The notes below the pieces were generated by a model, which did no database searches, was not told the DNA's origin, and was given only the letters and a program-made list of their open reading frames with translations. A DNA stretch of 53,063 bases, filler included, from Corallochytrium limacisporum Hawaii (lineage: Eukaryota; Protista; Pluriformea): the NCBI GenBank assembly GCA_002811645.1. It is 2 parts of 2 records of this genome, joined end to end, with 100 filler letters (N's around TTAATTAATTAA, not from the genome) between each part and the next. Parts side by side here need not be neighbours in the genome. Positions count along the whole stretch, not along the records: positions 26,440 to 53,063 come from PDIP01000111.1; 1 more part is not named here. One strand, 5' to 3'. Positions 33,639-46,200 of the stretch are shown piece after piece; the stretch's first letter is position 1; each line of letters begins with the position of its first letter. A program made the position numbers and the translations under genes.

Positions 33639-35697
33639 GGGGCAGAGCGCGGGCTCACAGAAAAACCGGGCGTGCCCCCCCCGCCGCTGAGTGGGGCCAC
33701 TCCTGTGCGATCAGAAAGGTCCACTTCCTTGAGGGGGGGGTTAAAAAATACCAAAGAGAACTGTATAAAAAAAAGGGGGGGGTGTACGAAAGGGAAAGAA
33801 AAAAAGGAGAGAGACAGAGACAGTACCACCGTGCCCCTCTCTCCATCTCTCTCGCTCTCTCCCCTTCCCCGTCTCAAGCGACGGGGAAGGGGAGCTGGGG
33901 AGAGGGAAAGGGAGTGGCCCGGAAGGAGGGGTTTTTTGATTTGCCCGCAACTCTCCCCAATGAAACCCCCTTCAAATCAGAAACACAGGAGAGATAAAAG
34001 GAAAATTGACGTGTCAGAGAGAGACACGGAGAGAGAGAGAGAGTGTGTGTGTGTGAGTGAGCGAGTGAGTGAGTGTGTGTGTGAATGGGCTATCACAAGA
34101 AAAAAAAATTGAAACTGTGTAAGGCATTTTGTTACTATAGCAATCAGGCGGTAGACGCGGAAGGGGACCTATACGCTGCGACAGGCACAGAAAAGTGGCG
34201 CGCGCGCCCCGGTGGGGGGGTCAGACAATTCATCTAGGCGGAATACATACTGAATGTATGGAGTTGTAGGACAAGCATGTGATTGCCGAAACAAGCCGAC
34301 GGGCGTTCACGGCGTGATGAAAACTCGATATGCGCCCTATGTCCCGATAATTTTGGTTAGGTTCATTGTGCGCCTGCCGATGTAGAAGGCACATTTGTTA
34401 TAGTAAATATACTAGAATATGCAGCCGCTATTACCCACCCTGTCTATATGCTGATGTGACCCATCCGGCAACGTAATCCAAATCCGCAGGCACCATAACT
34501 GTCGTGGTGGGTGGCTCACGATCACGCCTGGTGCATAGGGCGCATTGGCAACCCCGGGAAAAGAAAAAAAAAGTTTGGGAGAGAGCAGCAGAACAGGACA
34601 CCAAAATTGTTCCCATCCAGGACGAATTTGAGTGGTGGTGGGTGGGTGGGTGTATAGCGCCAGCACCTCTCCCCTTTGCCCTTGACTGGCGATATTACCC
34701 CAGTCCTGAGCGAACAAGGACGAGGAGGAGACCCGGGAAAAAATGGTAGAAGCTACGGAGGAGAGAGAGATAAGAAGAAAGGCGTGGAAACCCGGAAAGT
34801 ACCCCCCCTTGAGGAATTGACGCCATACAGCAAGTCCCGTACTTTCGATACTGAGAATATGTGTTTTTCTTTTGCAGGGGCGGTCAACGATGATAACTCT
34901 TTGGGTCCGAACCGGGGAAAAGGTAGGGCCGGGAGACGGGGGAAAGTGATAGACCAAGGAGTCAAAAGTAAGGTCCAGTGAGTGGCCGAAGAAAGGTAGG
35001 GGGAACAAAAAGAAAAGGGAAACAAAAAAGAAAGAACGTGTTTTTTTCGTTATCAGGAGAGGGGCTGGCTTCGTGGTGTTCCGTCTTACGCGGTTGATGA
35101 AGTGTGAAGTCTACAGTCAGTATAAGAGTATGGATTGGCCAGAAGATGGGATCATTGAGTGAGTGGACGGGGGAGGAGGGGCTTGGGAAGCAACCGGACT
35201 TGGCACCAGCACACACGCACAGGCACAAGAAAGAAAAGGGGGAGGAGTACAGGAGGTGCCGACGAAAAGGAAAAAAGGCAAGGAGGAAGAAAATTTTTTC
35301 AGACAGGCCAATGAAAAGAAACTTTTTGTAAGGCATCACTCTATTGGGTTTGTACCAAAATACTTGAGAAAGGTAACGGAAAGGAATCGTCGGGGAAAAA
35401 GGCGATCCGGCCGGTCGTCTCCTGATGAACACCCCGTCACATGAGTGCAGGGCCAGGAAATAGAGTTAACAAAACACCCAAGAATGCAAGATTAAACCAC
35501 CAACCACACGTATGGCGGGAGCCAGCGACAGGGGGACCGGGGGGGGGAGTAGGGAGGACTGGGATTCCTTTTCCCAACGATCACCAGTGCACGGAAGATA
35601 CGTTTGTGACACTGACAGCAGTGAGAGAAAGGGAGAGCGATTGGGTGGAAAGGGAAGAGGTTTGAGGGTTTTAGCCTTGCGGGAATCCCCTTCCCGC

Positions 35698-35766
35698 GAG
35701 AGAGAGAAAGAGAGAGAGAGAGACAGAGCGAGAGAGCGAGAGAGAGAGAGAGAGAGGGAGAGAGAG
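35698..35766. repeat. Imperfect (GA)n microsatellite
   Basis: Read directly. Confidence 0.93.
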
Positions 35767-36314
35767 CGAATGGGGCCGTGGCTTTCGTGTGCGGGTAGGA
35801 GCAAGGGAAGCATGGCGCCATTCGTGTGCGGCCCTGCATTCTGCGTGGCGGGGAAGGGGCCTATCGCGGGGCAGACTCCCGGGAAAGACCGGGGTGACTT
35901 TTCCAGGTGCGGCGGTTTCTTTAATAGTAAATGTATTAAAGGGAAACGAACCATTGGGGCCAACACCTGAGAGCCGGAGAAGGATGTCTAATCTCTGCAA
36001 GGAACGGAGTTGTCCGTAGCGAGCCGGACGTAGTTTGTCTTTTCTGATTCTATTCAGCATTATTCTATATAAATCCTTCCCGCGGGGTTTCCCCGCCCGC
36101 ACTACTTCTATCCTCGCTTTTCCTCTTGCCTTTTCTTGCCACGCATAGCCCACGCACTGCGGCAGGACGGGGTGAAGAAGCAAAGAACGGGTGAAGTGTG
36201 CATAACGTCCCCAAAACAGAAAGTTCTTTCCTTTGCCACAGTTTGCTTTTGCAAAACCGGCGAGGGTTTTGATCTTGTACCTGCCCAGCAACAGATGAAA
36301 GGCATTCCCCGCCG

Positions 36315-36329
36315 CCCCCCGGGGGGGGG
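36315..36329. repeat. CnGn palindrome (C6G9)
   Basis: Read directly. Confidence 0.9.
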
Positions 36330-39300
36330 TCCCGTGCCGCTCCAAATACTGAACGCTTCACTTCCCCAGGACGTTGTGGGCAGCATATATTCGTGGAGTC
36401 GAAAGGGGGAGGGGGGGAGAGAGACACAGAGAGAGAGAGAGAGAGAGATGGACGAGAATCATCGTAGTTGAAAAGAGCGTCGCGGTAAAAAAACAAACCG
36501 CTGTGCTGGGTTGCAGGGCGCGCGCGAGTGAGGCAGTTTGCCCAAATCAAGGAATTGACTTCTTCCCCTCTCCCCTCCCACCCCTCCGTTCCACACGTCC
36601 TCCGCCATGGCCCCTTCTTTTGTTGGGAGTGTGGGCAGATGAATGAACAGGACAGAGTGAAAAAATAGAGGTTCATTAGGTATATATATTTTGAATCATT
36701 GCCTAGCCAATTTTGGCATGTCTTGGACGGTGGTGATGTGAAAGACGATCGGATTCAAAGATTATCAAGAGCCGGACTGCACCACAGACGCCTGACGCGG
36801 GGACCACAGCGATTTATACCGAATCATCAAGAATGATGTTGTAAGCAAAGTATGTTCGTTATTGAACTAGGATAAAGTATGAAGAAGATTTCTTAGAGAT
36901 GTATGTATGATGATTACACCCTGCTACGATCCTATTTCTAGAAAACTGCGCCAATGCCGAAGTAGCACAGAATGTCCGGAATTGGGACGAGAAGTAAGTA
37001 CACAATGTATAGGAATTGGCAACAGTGAGAAGTGTCTTCCAGGGACCGCCAAAATACTCTTCGGGGCCCAGTATCAATAAATCCTTTCTCCTTCCACTCC
37101 CCCGTTCCCAAAAAAACCACCCAACCCCTCCCTCCTTTAAAATTACTGTACACTTTTTCACACCCAAAACACTTGCCGTTCAGAGCTCGTTAGGCAAAAG
37201 ACGACGCGAAAACCCGTGTGGTTCTCTTGGTAGTGCTGTACCCCGCGGTTTCTCAGGGCGACGAAAGTCGCGCTCTGCCCCCTAACCTCTCCCTCCCCCT
37301 TTGTGCCGTTTTTCTTACTTATTTCTGGCCCTATTTTTTTTATTTCTAAGACTTTGAGTCCCGCCTTCCTTCCTCCCCCGCCCCCTCCCCTCTCTTCCCT
37401 TGCCCTACTTTTTGCCCCAACGCGCGTTCACCAGGTGAAAGCGTCATTACTGCTGCTGAAAGGAAAAAAGTCTTCCCGCATACACACTTCCTACAGTAAT
37501 TACAAATTCCGCCTTAGCAAGTAATGGGGTAATATCGATTTTTTTGTTGTATTGCTCAACTGCTCAATGTTTTTTTCTCCCGTTTTTCTTAGTCTGGCTT
37601 TCTTCATTTGTTGATGTTTGAAGATTTCTGCATCTCGCGACTCCACAAGAAACAAACGCTATCGGCAGTAGCCAAACAAGCGATAATCGATCGAAACCTG
37701 TAATTTATAAGCAAGAAAGACAAAACAAAATAAGTTGGTAGCAAATTCTTGGTAGGTGGAACAAACAAGGCAGGTGGTCGTCGATTTGGTGACGATGAGA
37801 CGGGAAATCGGGCATGGCACGAGAGCTAAATACCGCGTTGCACGCCCATCTGCCAGAAAAGAAAAAGAAAGTCGAGATTTGTTGCGGTTGGGGAGGAGGG
37901 GAGAGACAAAGAAACGCGGAGCGACAAGTCTCCACACCGCGACCTATTTTTCTTATTCCTCTTTGTTCTCTATTTCTATTTTCTTTTGTGGGTTTGTTCT
38001 TGGTTTCAGGGTTAGCTTTTTTGCTGCTGTTGTTGTTTGCTCAGTGCGTTGTATTCCTCCGCTTTGTGAGAAAGTGTTGACAGCCTTTTGCCCAGTGTTG
38101 CGGTCTCTTGGCACGCTTGGTGTAACTGCCCAGCAATAAAGCAAAGGCGCAGCACCCCCAAATGAAGCAAAGTTCAGGATCGTCAGTCTCTCGTACTCAT
38201 TAGCGTTTTTTTTACCTTTTCCTTACTCCTTGTGCAATACTTACAGAACTGCGTAAGATGACCTACCTTTCCCGGTCCCTCGGGGGCTTTCTCCCGTTTT
38301 CCTTTCTCTTCTTTTTTTGTTTTTGTTTTTTCCAAAGGTTCGGTCGCGTTTTGTCGTCTTCGGTTTCGTTCCCTTGGGTCCACCCTTCCGGGCGGGCGGG
38401 CGGGCGGCCGGCACCCCAAAAGCTACGTTTTACGTTGTTGTCGACCACCCGGTCTCCAAAACGGGAGAGCGGTTGCTTCACTGAAATTCTATAGTGGGTG
38501 TATAGAGCAGGATTTCACCGTTTTGCACTCGGCAACGGTAATAGCCCAGCTGCGCAACTAACGTGGGGCCTCCTAGATCTAATTATATGACGTATGACTC
38601 GATTTCGGCATTGATCGGTATATTAAGTATATAGATCGACCACATCCTGGACAGTTTGGTGCAGTGGACCTATGTTTCCATCGTTCCAAATCTGCCTGAC
38701 CGAATTATTCTAGTGATTTCATTCGGTGCGCGCTCTCCAAGGCCAGTGTACCGGGCACTTTTTGGTCAAGCGTGACACAGCCACAAGCGCGAGAGTTAGT
38801 CGTCCGTCCAAGGCGGCCAAGAATAACAAAACGAAAAACACACACACACACCCGCACAACAACCACAACGTCCGACCGACCAACGACCAAAAGGGAAGAA
38901 AAAAGGGTGGGAAGCTTTTTCGTGCTTTTTGTTGTTTTTTTTTTTTGCGTTCTCGTGGACGGTGCTGGATAATCCAAGAAGGAAAACTCTACCCACTCTC
39001 GCGCTCTCTCGCGCTCTCTCTCTCTCTCTCTCTCTCCCTCTCCCTCTCACTCACTTTCCTCGCTTCTTTTCTTCTTAGGGGACACTTGTCGCGGGTGGCA
39101 GAATGGGAGGGGAGGAGGGGCACCTATCCGTGCGGAGGGTGTGCCATTATGGAAATTGTCCACCCCCGTTCCCTCCGGTCGCTATTTTTGTTTCATTTTT
39201 GGTTGTCCCGTGCTTGGTGCGTTGGTGGTGGTGTGTGCTTCCTGTTTCGTTCTCCCTTGATTTAGTACTGAGATGTGAGCGCATTCTTTTGAACGTGTGG

Positions 39301-41528
39301 CCGTTGTGGGGGTGCGCACTACCTCAGATGAATTGGTCTTGGGGCCTCCCGATGAACATGCGGCTTTGATTTGATAGATAGCAGCGAATGCACATCTTCA
39401 TATGTGTGTGATTGGGGCGATCTTCGGAAGTCGCTCAGGTCGATACGATACCCGAAACTGACCGAAAAGCAATCGACACCCTTCACGCTCCTGCTGAGAT
39501 AAACAAGAGATCGCCAAAAACCGTTGCGGAACCAGCGGACCCGTTCACCCACCAAATTCCGACGGCCTCAGTGTCAGGATTTTCTCACAAGCGCCAAATT
39601 CAAACACCAGGGCATCCAATAATAAACCAAGAGTTATTTTGGTTCAGTCGCACTCCCCCGTCGATTCGCTTGTGTGGCCGGGGGCGTTGGGGGCGCCGTG
39701 CTGCGGTGCCCAGGTCAGCGCTGTGTTGGCAGTGACCAGATTGAATGAGAACGGTAGGCTGGTTGATTTCCACCTGGACTCTGTTGTTGGACACGCGCGT
39801 ACTGTGTGCCCTGTCTTTTAGCGGCCGATGGATGGGAACGATTCAAACGAAATGGGCCTTCTTGATGTTGAAACCATGCTGGTTAAGAGCACGCCCCGGC
39901 AAGGCGGCCCTGCAAGCCGTGACCCATCCTTGACCTTTTATTGAGCTTGGTCACCAATACAGGGGAAACGGAGGGAACAGCTAGGGCAAGATAGAGTAGT
40001 TCTGACTATCCGGCCGGTAGTGAAGGACGGCGCCTGCTGACCATCATGGTAATGATGTTGATGCTTTGGGGATTGGCATCAACAGATCATTCATACTCAT
40101 TGGATGATTACCTGGTACTGAGCAATGATATGTATGCCTGGAAGGCTTTGATCTTCCACCATCGCTCTTGGGAGTGGGCCTCGTCCGGTATGGTCGACGC
40201 GATGATGTTACGATCTCGTACTCTGGGCAGGTGCGCCGTGTCTCCGGGCGGTCGTGCAACGCCGTACGAGCTCGGACCCTCATCCATCCGCCACCAACAT
40301 CTGTACAATCTCGCACGCGAGGAGACGCCACAGGTGCAGTGTCTCCAACCTCGTCCCGAACATGGTCTCGCGTCCTGAACATTCATAAGCCTTCTCCGTG
40401 ACGATCGGTTCCCCTTTCATCTGAGCGGGAGTGGCATTGGCAAGCCTTTGCTCCGCACTTTCATGACCTCCCTTCCCCTGCACCCTCCCCGTATGAGCTG
40501 TAGTTGCCCCAACCCGCCGGTCAGTATCTCCCTGTATATGCCTCCCTGTCCATGGCTCCGTTACTTCCTTGCGACCTTATACCCGGGTACAGAAGAACCA
40601 ATCAAACCTGCTCAACAACCTTGGGGACCAGTTGCATTCCATCTAAGCTCGTCCCAATTCAGACTTTTCATATTCTTCTTCTGAACCCACGTACCCAGTA
40701 CAACGCCGATGGCTGTCATCGTCTCTTAGTTCCAGGAGCTGAGCACGGAAAGCCTGGCTGCAGAGAATAGAGCGTGCGAGCAGCAGAAGATGACCATGGG
40801 GGCCACGGAACCAGACCGACACCTTCCAGTCCATGGCCGTTCCAACTCTGCAAGGTCCCAGGACCCTCGGGCACGATCTGCAAGTCGGGGTATCACATCC
40901 GCACTGTTATCCCCTCGGCTGTGGTCTCGTCTCGGCCTCTGCGTAGAGAAGGATTATTAACTCACTCCGCTGGGAAGGGGGGGGGTGGAGGAGTCCCAGA
41001 GACCTAAATTCTGAGGACGCGACCAATCCATTTACTTCGGGGCTTCCCCGTTCCCCCTCCTTCTCTCTACCCAAGGTCCCGTGTGGAATATAAACTGACA
41101 ACCTTGTTAAATAATTTAGCGGAAGACGCTTTGTTATTTTAATATCCGGACCTTCGCTGTTCCCTGCGCGCCTTTGGCACTCCCTCTACCCGCCCCCTTT
41201 GGGCCATCGCTCGCTTGTGTTTTCGGTTCGGCTCTGCTTTCTCTCGTTTCGCGGCCTTTCTTTCGTACATGCGGATCCACTGCAGGACTCAAGATTGTCT
41301 TCGTCCTCCGTGCTGAACGGGTGGCTTTGATGGAGCAGGACACCGCGTGAAAAGGTACGTCAAGCCCTCCATCGAGAACGGCGATGTTCCAAGTGAAATG
41401 ACGCGGCAATTGAGCGAAACCTAAAGACAATGAGACCATTGATTGTGGTAGGATAATATATTCCTTTCAAGCAAAAGGCGCCAAAATCGCGAAGTACCGT
41501 CATGATAGTACAGGGGACATGAGCGCTC

Positions 41529-43070
41529 ATGTCTGAGTCGAACATAGCAACCATTCTACCAGGATACAAAAGACCGCAGACCGCCATGCGGTTCAACATC
41601 CCGCGCCTTGTGTTCGCTATCGGCGCCCTAGTATTCATAGTGTATTTTGTGATAGGTTGGCTCACGGGGTCCGGGGGATCGGATACAACATTACGTCCAT
41701 CTGCGCAGCTCAAATGCGATGAACTGTACGATCGTAGGTTTTCGTCTTGGAAGTCCCAGTTGGAACATGTTGTGCGAAACCGATACAACAATAAAATCAC
41801 ACTGCAGATGGCAGCGTACGAACAGGAAGTGAGGCAGGGCAACCAAGCGCATGGCATTGACGCAGAGCTGGCCATACGCAGCATGCGTCGTGTCCAAGAA
41901 ATTGGACAGTACCAACTGCGGAGCGTGCTCTGTGCGGTTGGAAAATGCAACGGCGTGATGATCCCCTTCCAGGCGTCAACCCAGCACTGCACCATGGACA
42001 CATGCTTCGATATCTCCCGTTGCTACGGCAAGGCCAATGATGCCACGGGACAGAAGGTCTACATTTATCCACGACCTGGCGATGACAATTCTGGAGACGC
42101 TCCAAATGAACCATACTTAGAACGAGAAGAGGCGTATTTTGACGAGAACATTGAAGCCCTGCGCCGGAGCCCCATGGTAACAGGCGACCCGAACGAAGCC
42201 TGCCTGTTCGTTCCGTACATCACTCAGAAGCATCCCCGCTGGGATACACTACCGTACTGGAACGGCGGCCGGAATCATGTCTTCTTTCTGTGGCACCCGG
42301 CTCCACAGACTAAACTGCAAAAGAAAGGAGAAATTGGGGATGCCATCATCGCGAAGACCAGTTTCGCGATCAGCCCTCCGATTCACTTCCTCTACCGCAT
42401 GCGGTTCGATGTCAACCTGGGTCTGGACCACATGGTCAACTACTTTGACGAGGATGTGAAGCCAATTAACGAGCGCAAGTATCTCCTTACGTTCATGGGA
42501 AAGCGCTACACAGAACGAGAAGGAAGGCTACGAGGGAAACTCCGCCGCATCACCAACGCGGACTCCGGTGATGATATTCGCATCTGCATGACCTGTCGCC
42601 ACCAGGACCAGCCCCGTGACGAGCAATGTGACAAGGACGAAAAGTTTTACTATGACAAGAGCTACTGCGATTTTAAGGAGCTCATAATCGACTCCAAGTT
42701 CGTCCTCGCTCCTGAGGGCCGTCAGTTTGCCAGCTACCGTTTGGCTGAGGCCATGTCCGCTGGATCAATTCCCGTGTTTGTCGGCAACGCGTTCCACCTC
42801 CCTTATTCTGAGATCATCGATTGGTCTTCGTGCTCATTCTACTTCCGCGAGCGGGACCTCGAGGAAATTGGTAAAACCTTGCGCATGGTTCACCCCGCGC
42901 TGCTGGCTGAAATGTCCGACAATGCACGTGAAGTATTCCGGCGGTACTGGCTCGGTGGTGTACCGCGCCTCTTTGAATCTGCCTTCGAGGTGATCTTTGA
43001 CCGTGTGCAGCAGAAACTCGTAACTGACCACAAGAAGCGCGTGAAGGAGGCGAAAAAGAAGGGAGGGTGA
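41529..43070 (+). CDS. Exostosin-family glycosyltransferase (GT47), EXT1-like, type II membrane protein lacking the GT64 domain
   Basis: 513 aa; N-terminal TM, CTMDTCFDISRC, LPYWNGGRNH, RKYLLTFMGKRY, TCRH, FVLAPEGRQFASYRLAEAMSAGSIPV, LPYSEIIDW. Confidence 0.9.
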   Translation: MSESNIATILPGYKRPQTAMRFNIPRLVFAIGALVFIVYFVIGWLTGSGGSDTTLRPSAQLKCDELYDRRFSSWKSQLEHVVRNRYNNKITLQMAAYEQEVRQGNQAHGIDAELAIRSMRRVQEIGQYQLRSVLCAVGKCNGVMIPFQASTQHCTMDTCFDISRCYGKANDATGQKVYIYPRPGDDNSGDAPNEPYLEREEAYFDENIEALRRSPMVTGDPNEACLFVPYITQKHPRWDTLPYWNGGRNHVFFLWHPAPQTKLQKKGEIGDAIIAKTSFAISPPIHFLYRMRFDVNLGLDHMVNYFDEDVKPINERKYLLTFMGKRYTEREGRLRGKLRRITNADSGDDIRICMTCRHQDQPRDEQCDKDEKFYYDKSYCDFKELIIDSKFVLAPEGRQFASYRLAEAMSAGSIPVFVGNAFHLPYSEIIDWSSCSFYFRERDLEEIGKTLRMVHPALLAEMSDNAREVFRRYWLGGVPRLFESAFEVIFDRVQQKLVTDHKKRVKEAKKKGG

Positions 43071-43266
43071 GTGATAGAAGCATGAAATAGATAGACACAT
43101 TGATGTATTATTATCAGACTGCGCAGTTCATAAAAGAGTTCGGCTGCGAAGATCATAAGACGAAATTGATCATGTGAACGATGTTTGTGTAAAATGCTAG
43201 AATAGAAAGAAATTTGTTTTTGAGTTTCTGATTAAAATGATGATTGATGATGACGTCTTGTGATGA

Positions 43267-46200
43267 TTAACCGGAGACCAGCATAGCTGCAAGGTCCTCG
43301 TCGCCGGATTTGCCAATTGACGGACCGCCGCGCTTGGCCCGCACGCGGACGTTGGAATTGGCCTTGCCGCCCGGCCCCCCGGCGTCATCGCCGCCCGGGC
43401 CTTTGCGCCGTTGCGCATGGCCGAACGCACTACCGCTGCGCAGAGAGGCAATGAGATCGTCCATGACACCCTTCTGGTCACCCTCGGCGCTAAGATCGAT
43501 GGCCGCGTTGCCAGCAGCCTGTTGGGAGCGCAACTCCTTCTCGCGGAGCTCCCGTTTCCGCCGCTCTTCGCGTTCGCGCTGCTCGCGGATCTTCTTGTTC
43601 TCCTCGATGCAGTTGTCGATGGAGCTAAAGAAATCCCAGAAGAGCTTGGCAAAGTCTTCGGGAGCCATGGCCTTCGGGTCCTCGCCGAACCATGTCACTG
43701 CTTCGCGATGCCTCTTGGCCATTGCATTCAACAGTGTTTCTACATCACCAATCTTGGGCTTGCACTTGTCCAAGAAGTCGCCCATTTGGCCCTTGAATCC
43801 ATCACCGGGGTTTTTGCCATAGGCGTCGAGCTGGAGCTCAGACTCAAGCATGGCAGCACCGCGCTTGAGGTCGGTGAACTCCTGCTGCAGCGTCTGGGCG
43901 CTGGCGCGTGTGGCCGCCTCGACGGACAGCAAGTCCTCCTTCCACTTCAGAATGTCTTGGTAGTTGTTCTCGACGATCTCGGCAAGATAGTGGGTGAGGG
44001 TGAGCTTGTTGTCGGTGGTCTTGGTATTGCCAATCTTGGTGAGGAAGTCGAGCTTAAAGCCGACCGCCTGGGCATTGCGGCTACCTGAATTCATGTAGTT
44101 GCCGATGAGAAGGACCAATTCGAGAGTAGTAGAGACCTTCTTGCTCTTCTTGATCTCATCGCAGGCCTGCAAGAGTGCCTGCACGTCCGGCAACAGATCA
44201 CCGATGGTGTTTTCAAATTTGTGCTTGAATTCCAGGCACCGCAATCGCTGCTCGTAGCGTGGAATCTGTGTGCACTTAAGCAGGTACTGGTCAGCTAGGG
44301 CCAGTTTCTGCGGTGTGTCCACGAATTCCTTGAGCGACATACTCTCTTCAGGAGTCGGGGCGTACTTCAAGAACGCATCCACAATGTTGTCAGTCAGGAA
44401 GGCCAGATCCATCTTGAAGACCTTGTCGGCAATGTCACCGACGTCCATCTTAAGGCGACCAAGCTGGATGGCCAAGTTGTAGGCCTTCTTCGGATCAATG
44501 ACGGAGATCTCGGTGGGCTTCTTTTCGACAGGCTTGGCCTCGCCATCTTCCATGCCACCGCCACCGCCCAGCTTCTTGACGGCCTTAGCACCAAACTTGT
44601 GTTCCAGGTCGGTAAGATTGACATGCTCTTCGTGCTCGTCTTCCTTGACCTTCTCCCAGAAAGAGTCCTTGACCTTCGGGGCCGGGATCTTGGCCCAGTT
44701 CACGCGCTTCATCTGGATCTTCGGGAAATACTTCTTCTTCTGGGGACCACCGCCCACCGGCCGCAGACCGGGGGCACCGGGAGGAGGAGGCGGGCCACCA
44801 CCCGGGGGAGGCGGCGGGGGAGGCGGACCACCGCCCATGCCTGGAGGTGGAGGAGGCGGACCGCCACCGGGCGGAGGCGGCGGAGGAGGAGGAGCACCAC
44901 CAGGTGGAGGAGGCGGCGGTGGCGGAGCACTTCCAGGAGGTGGAGGCGGCGGCGGCGGAGCACCAGCCATGCCAGGAGGAGGAGGCGGCGGTGGCGGAGC
45001 ACCACCGGGAGGCGGCGGAGCAGCAGGAGCAGCGGCTTGCTTAGCCTTCCAGTCCTCGTACATCTTCTTGTTGCCTGACATAAGGGCAGACTTCAAGATT
45101 TCAATCTCCTCAGCCTGTTGGGCATTTGGAGCACCACCGGCACCACCACCCATCTTGGCTTCAATCTTCTCCATTTCCTTCTGGAAGGCCAATTCGTTGT
45201 CCAGCTTGCTCTTGCGCTCAAGCTCGATCAGTTTCTCGGCCTCCTCAAGACGCGCCTGCAAATCCACAACCACATCCTCTTGCTGTACACCGGTGATAGC
45301 CTCTCCAATTTCCAGTTCCAAAGGTCCGGTAAAGTCGGGATCATAACCATTGCGCTGCAACACAATTTGTTGGATCACACGGTCAATAAGCTGGAAGTAG
45401 CGATGGCGTGCGTGGTATTCCTCACGGATGAGGAGCATGTGTTGCATGGCAGATAGGAAGAAACGCTCGGCCCGCGAGCCCTTGAGCTGGTTGCGCAGCA
45501 GCATGTAGCAATCATCCGGGTTGCTGAGTTCGGCCTTGATGTCTCCGAGACGGTCCAGAATTTCCAGACTGTCCGACTCAACATGGTCGAGGAAAACATC
45601 GATCTGAACCTTGAGGCTCTCGTTATCCACAGTGCTGAGCTCTTGGATGATCTCTCCGAGTCCCAGATTCATAAACTCATTACGCAGGTGCACTCGGAAA
45701 TCCACCTCAGGCGGGCTGTTAACCAAAGCATTAATAAACTGCATGCAGGCAACCTTGAGCTGGATGTTCAGCGCACTGGTGTTGAACAGCTGCAAAATTT
45801 CAATTAAAGTACGGAAGCGTTCTTCTACCAGAGTCACGGGCAGTTGCACACTCAAAGCCTCCAGGGCCAGAGCATGACCATTTGGGGGTACCAGAGACAC
45901 ACCTCCCAACAATTCGAGCACATCGACCATTGTCTTCAACCCTGCATTCTCCAGGGTACTGGCAAGCACAATCATGGCATCACGATGGTTCAAGACTTCC
46001 AGCAGACCCGGCTTGTTATTCATGAACGCCTTCATGCTCCTGACGCACTCATCAAGGATGGCTTCATCGTACCGACCACGCTCCGGGTGGTTATTGACCT
46101 CCCGGACGACGTCTAGGACAGCATTCAGACCACCAGCCTCCTTAAACTGCACGACCCATGTCACTGCCTGACTGTTCAGACTTACCCGCAAGGCTTCCAA

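Noticed and set aside
34280-34410. Sm-site-like AATTTTGG followed by a hairpin, with TGAAAACT upstream (U4-like?) and a GTGATGA C-box
   Set aside because: No U6-pairing segments, no well-placed D box or rRNA guide recognised; motifs too short
35415-35465. CTGATGA...GAAA hammerhead-like core
   Set aside because: Stems I-III cannot be formed convincingly
39470-39680. Stop-interrupted minus-strand frame faintly like an SMP-30/gluconolactonase C-terminus; also a PH-like ARKAWLQRIERA near 40745 on the + strand
   Set aside because: Too weak and mutually inconsistent to support without a search
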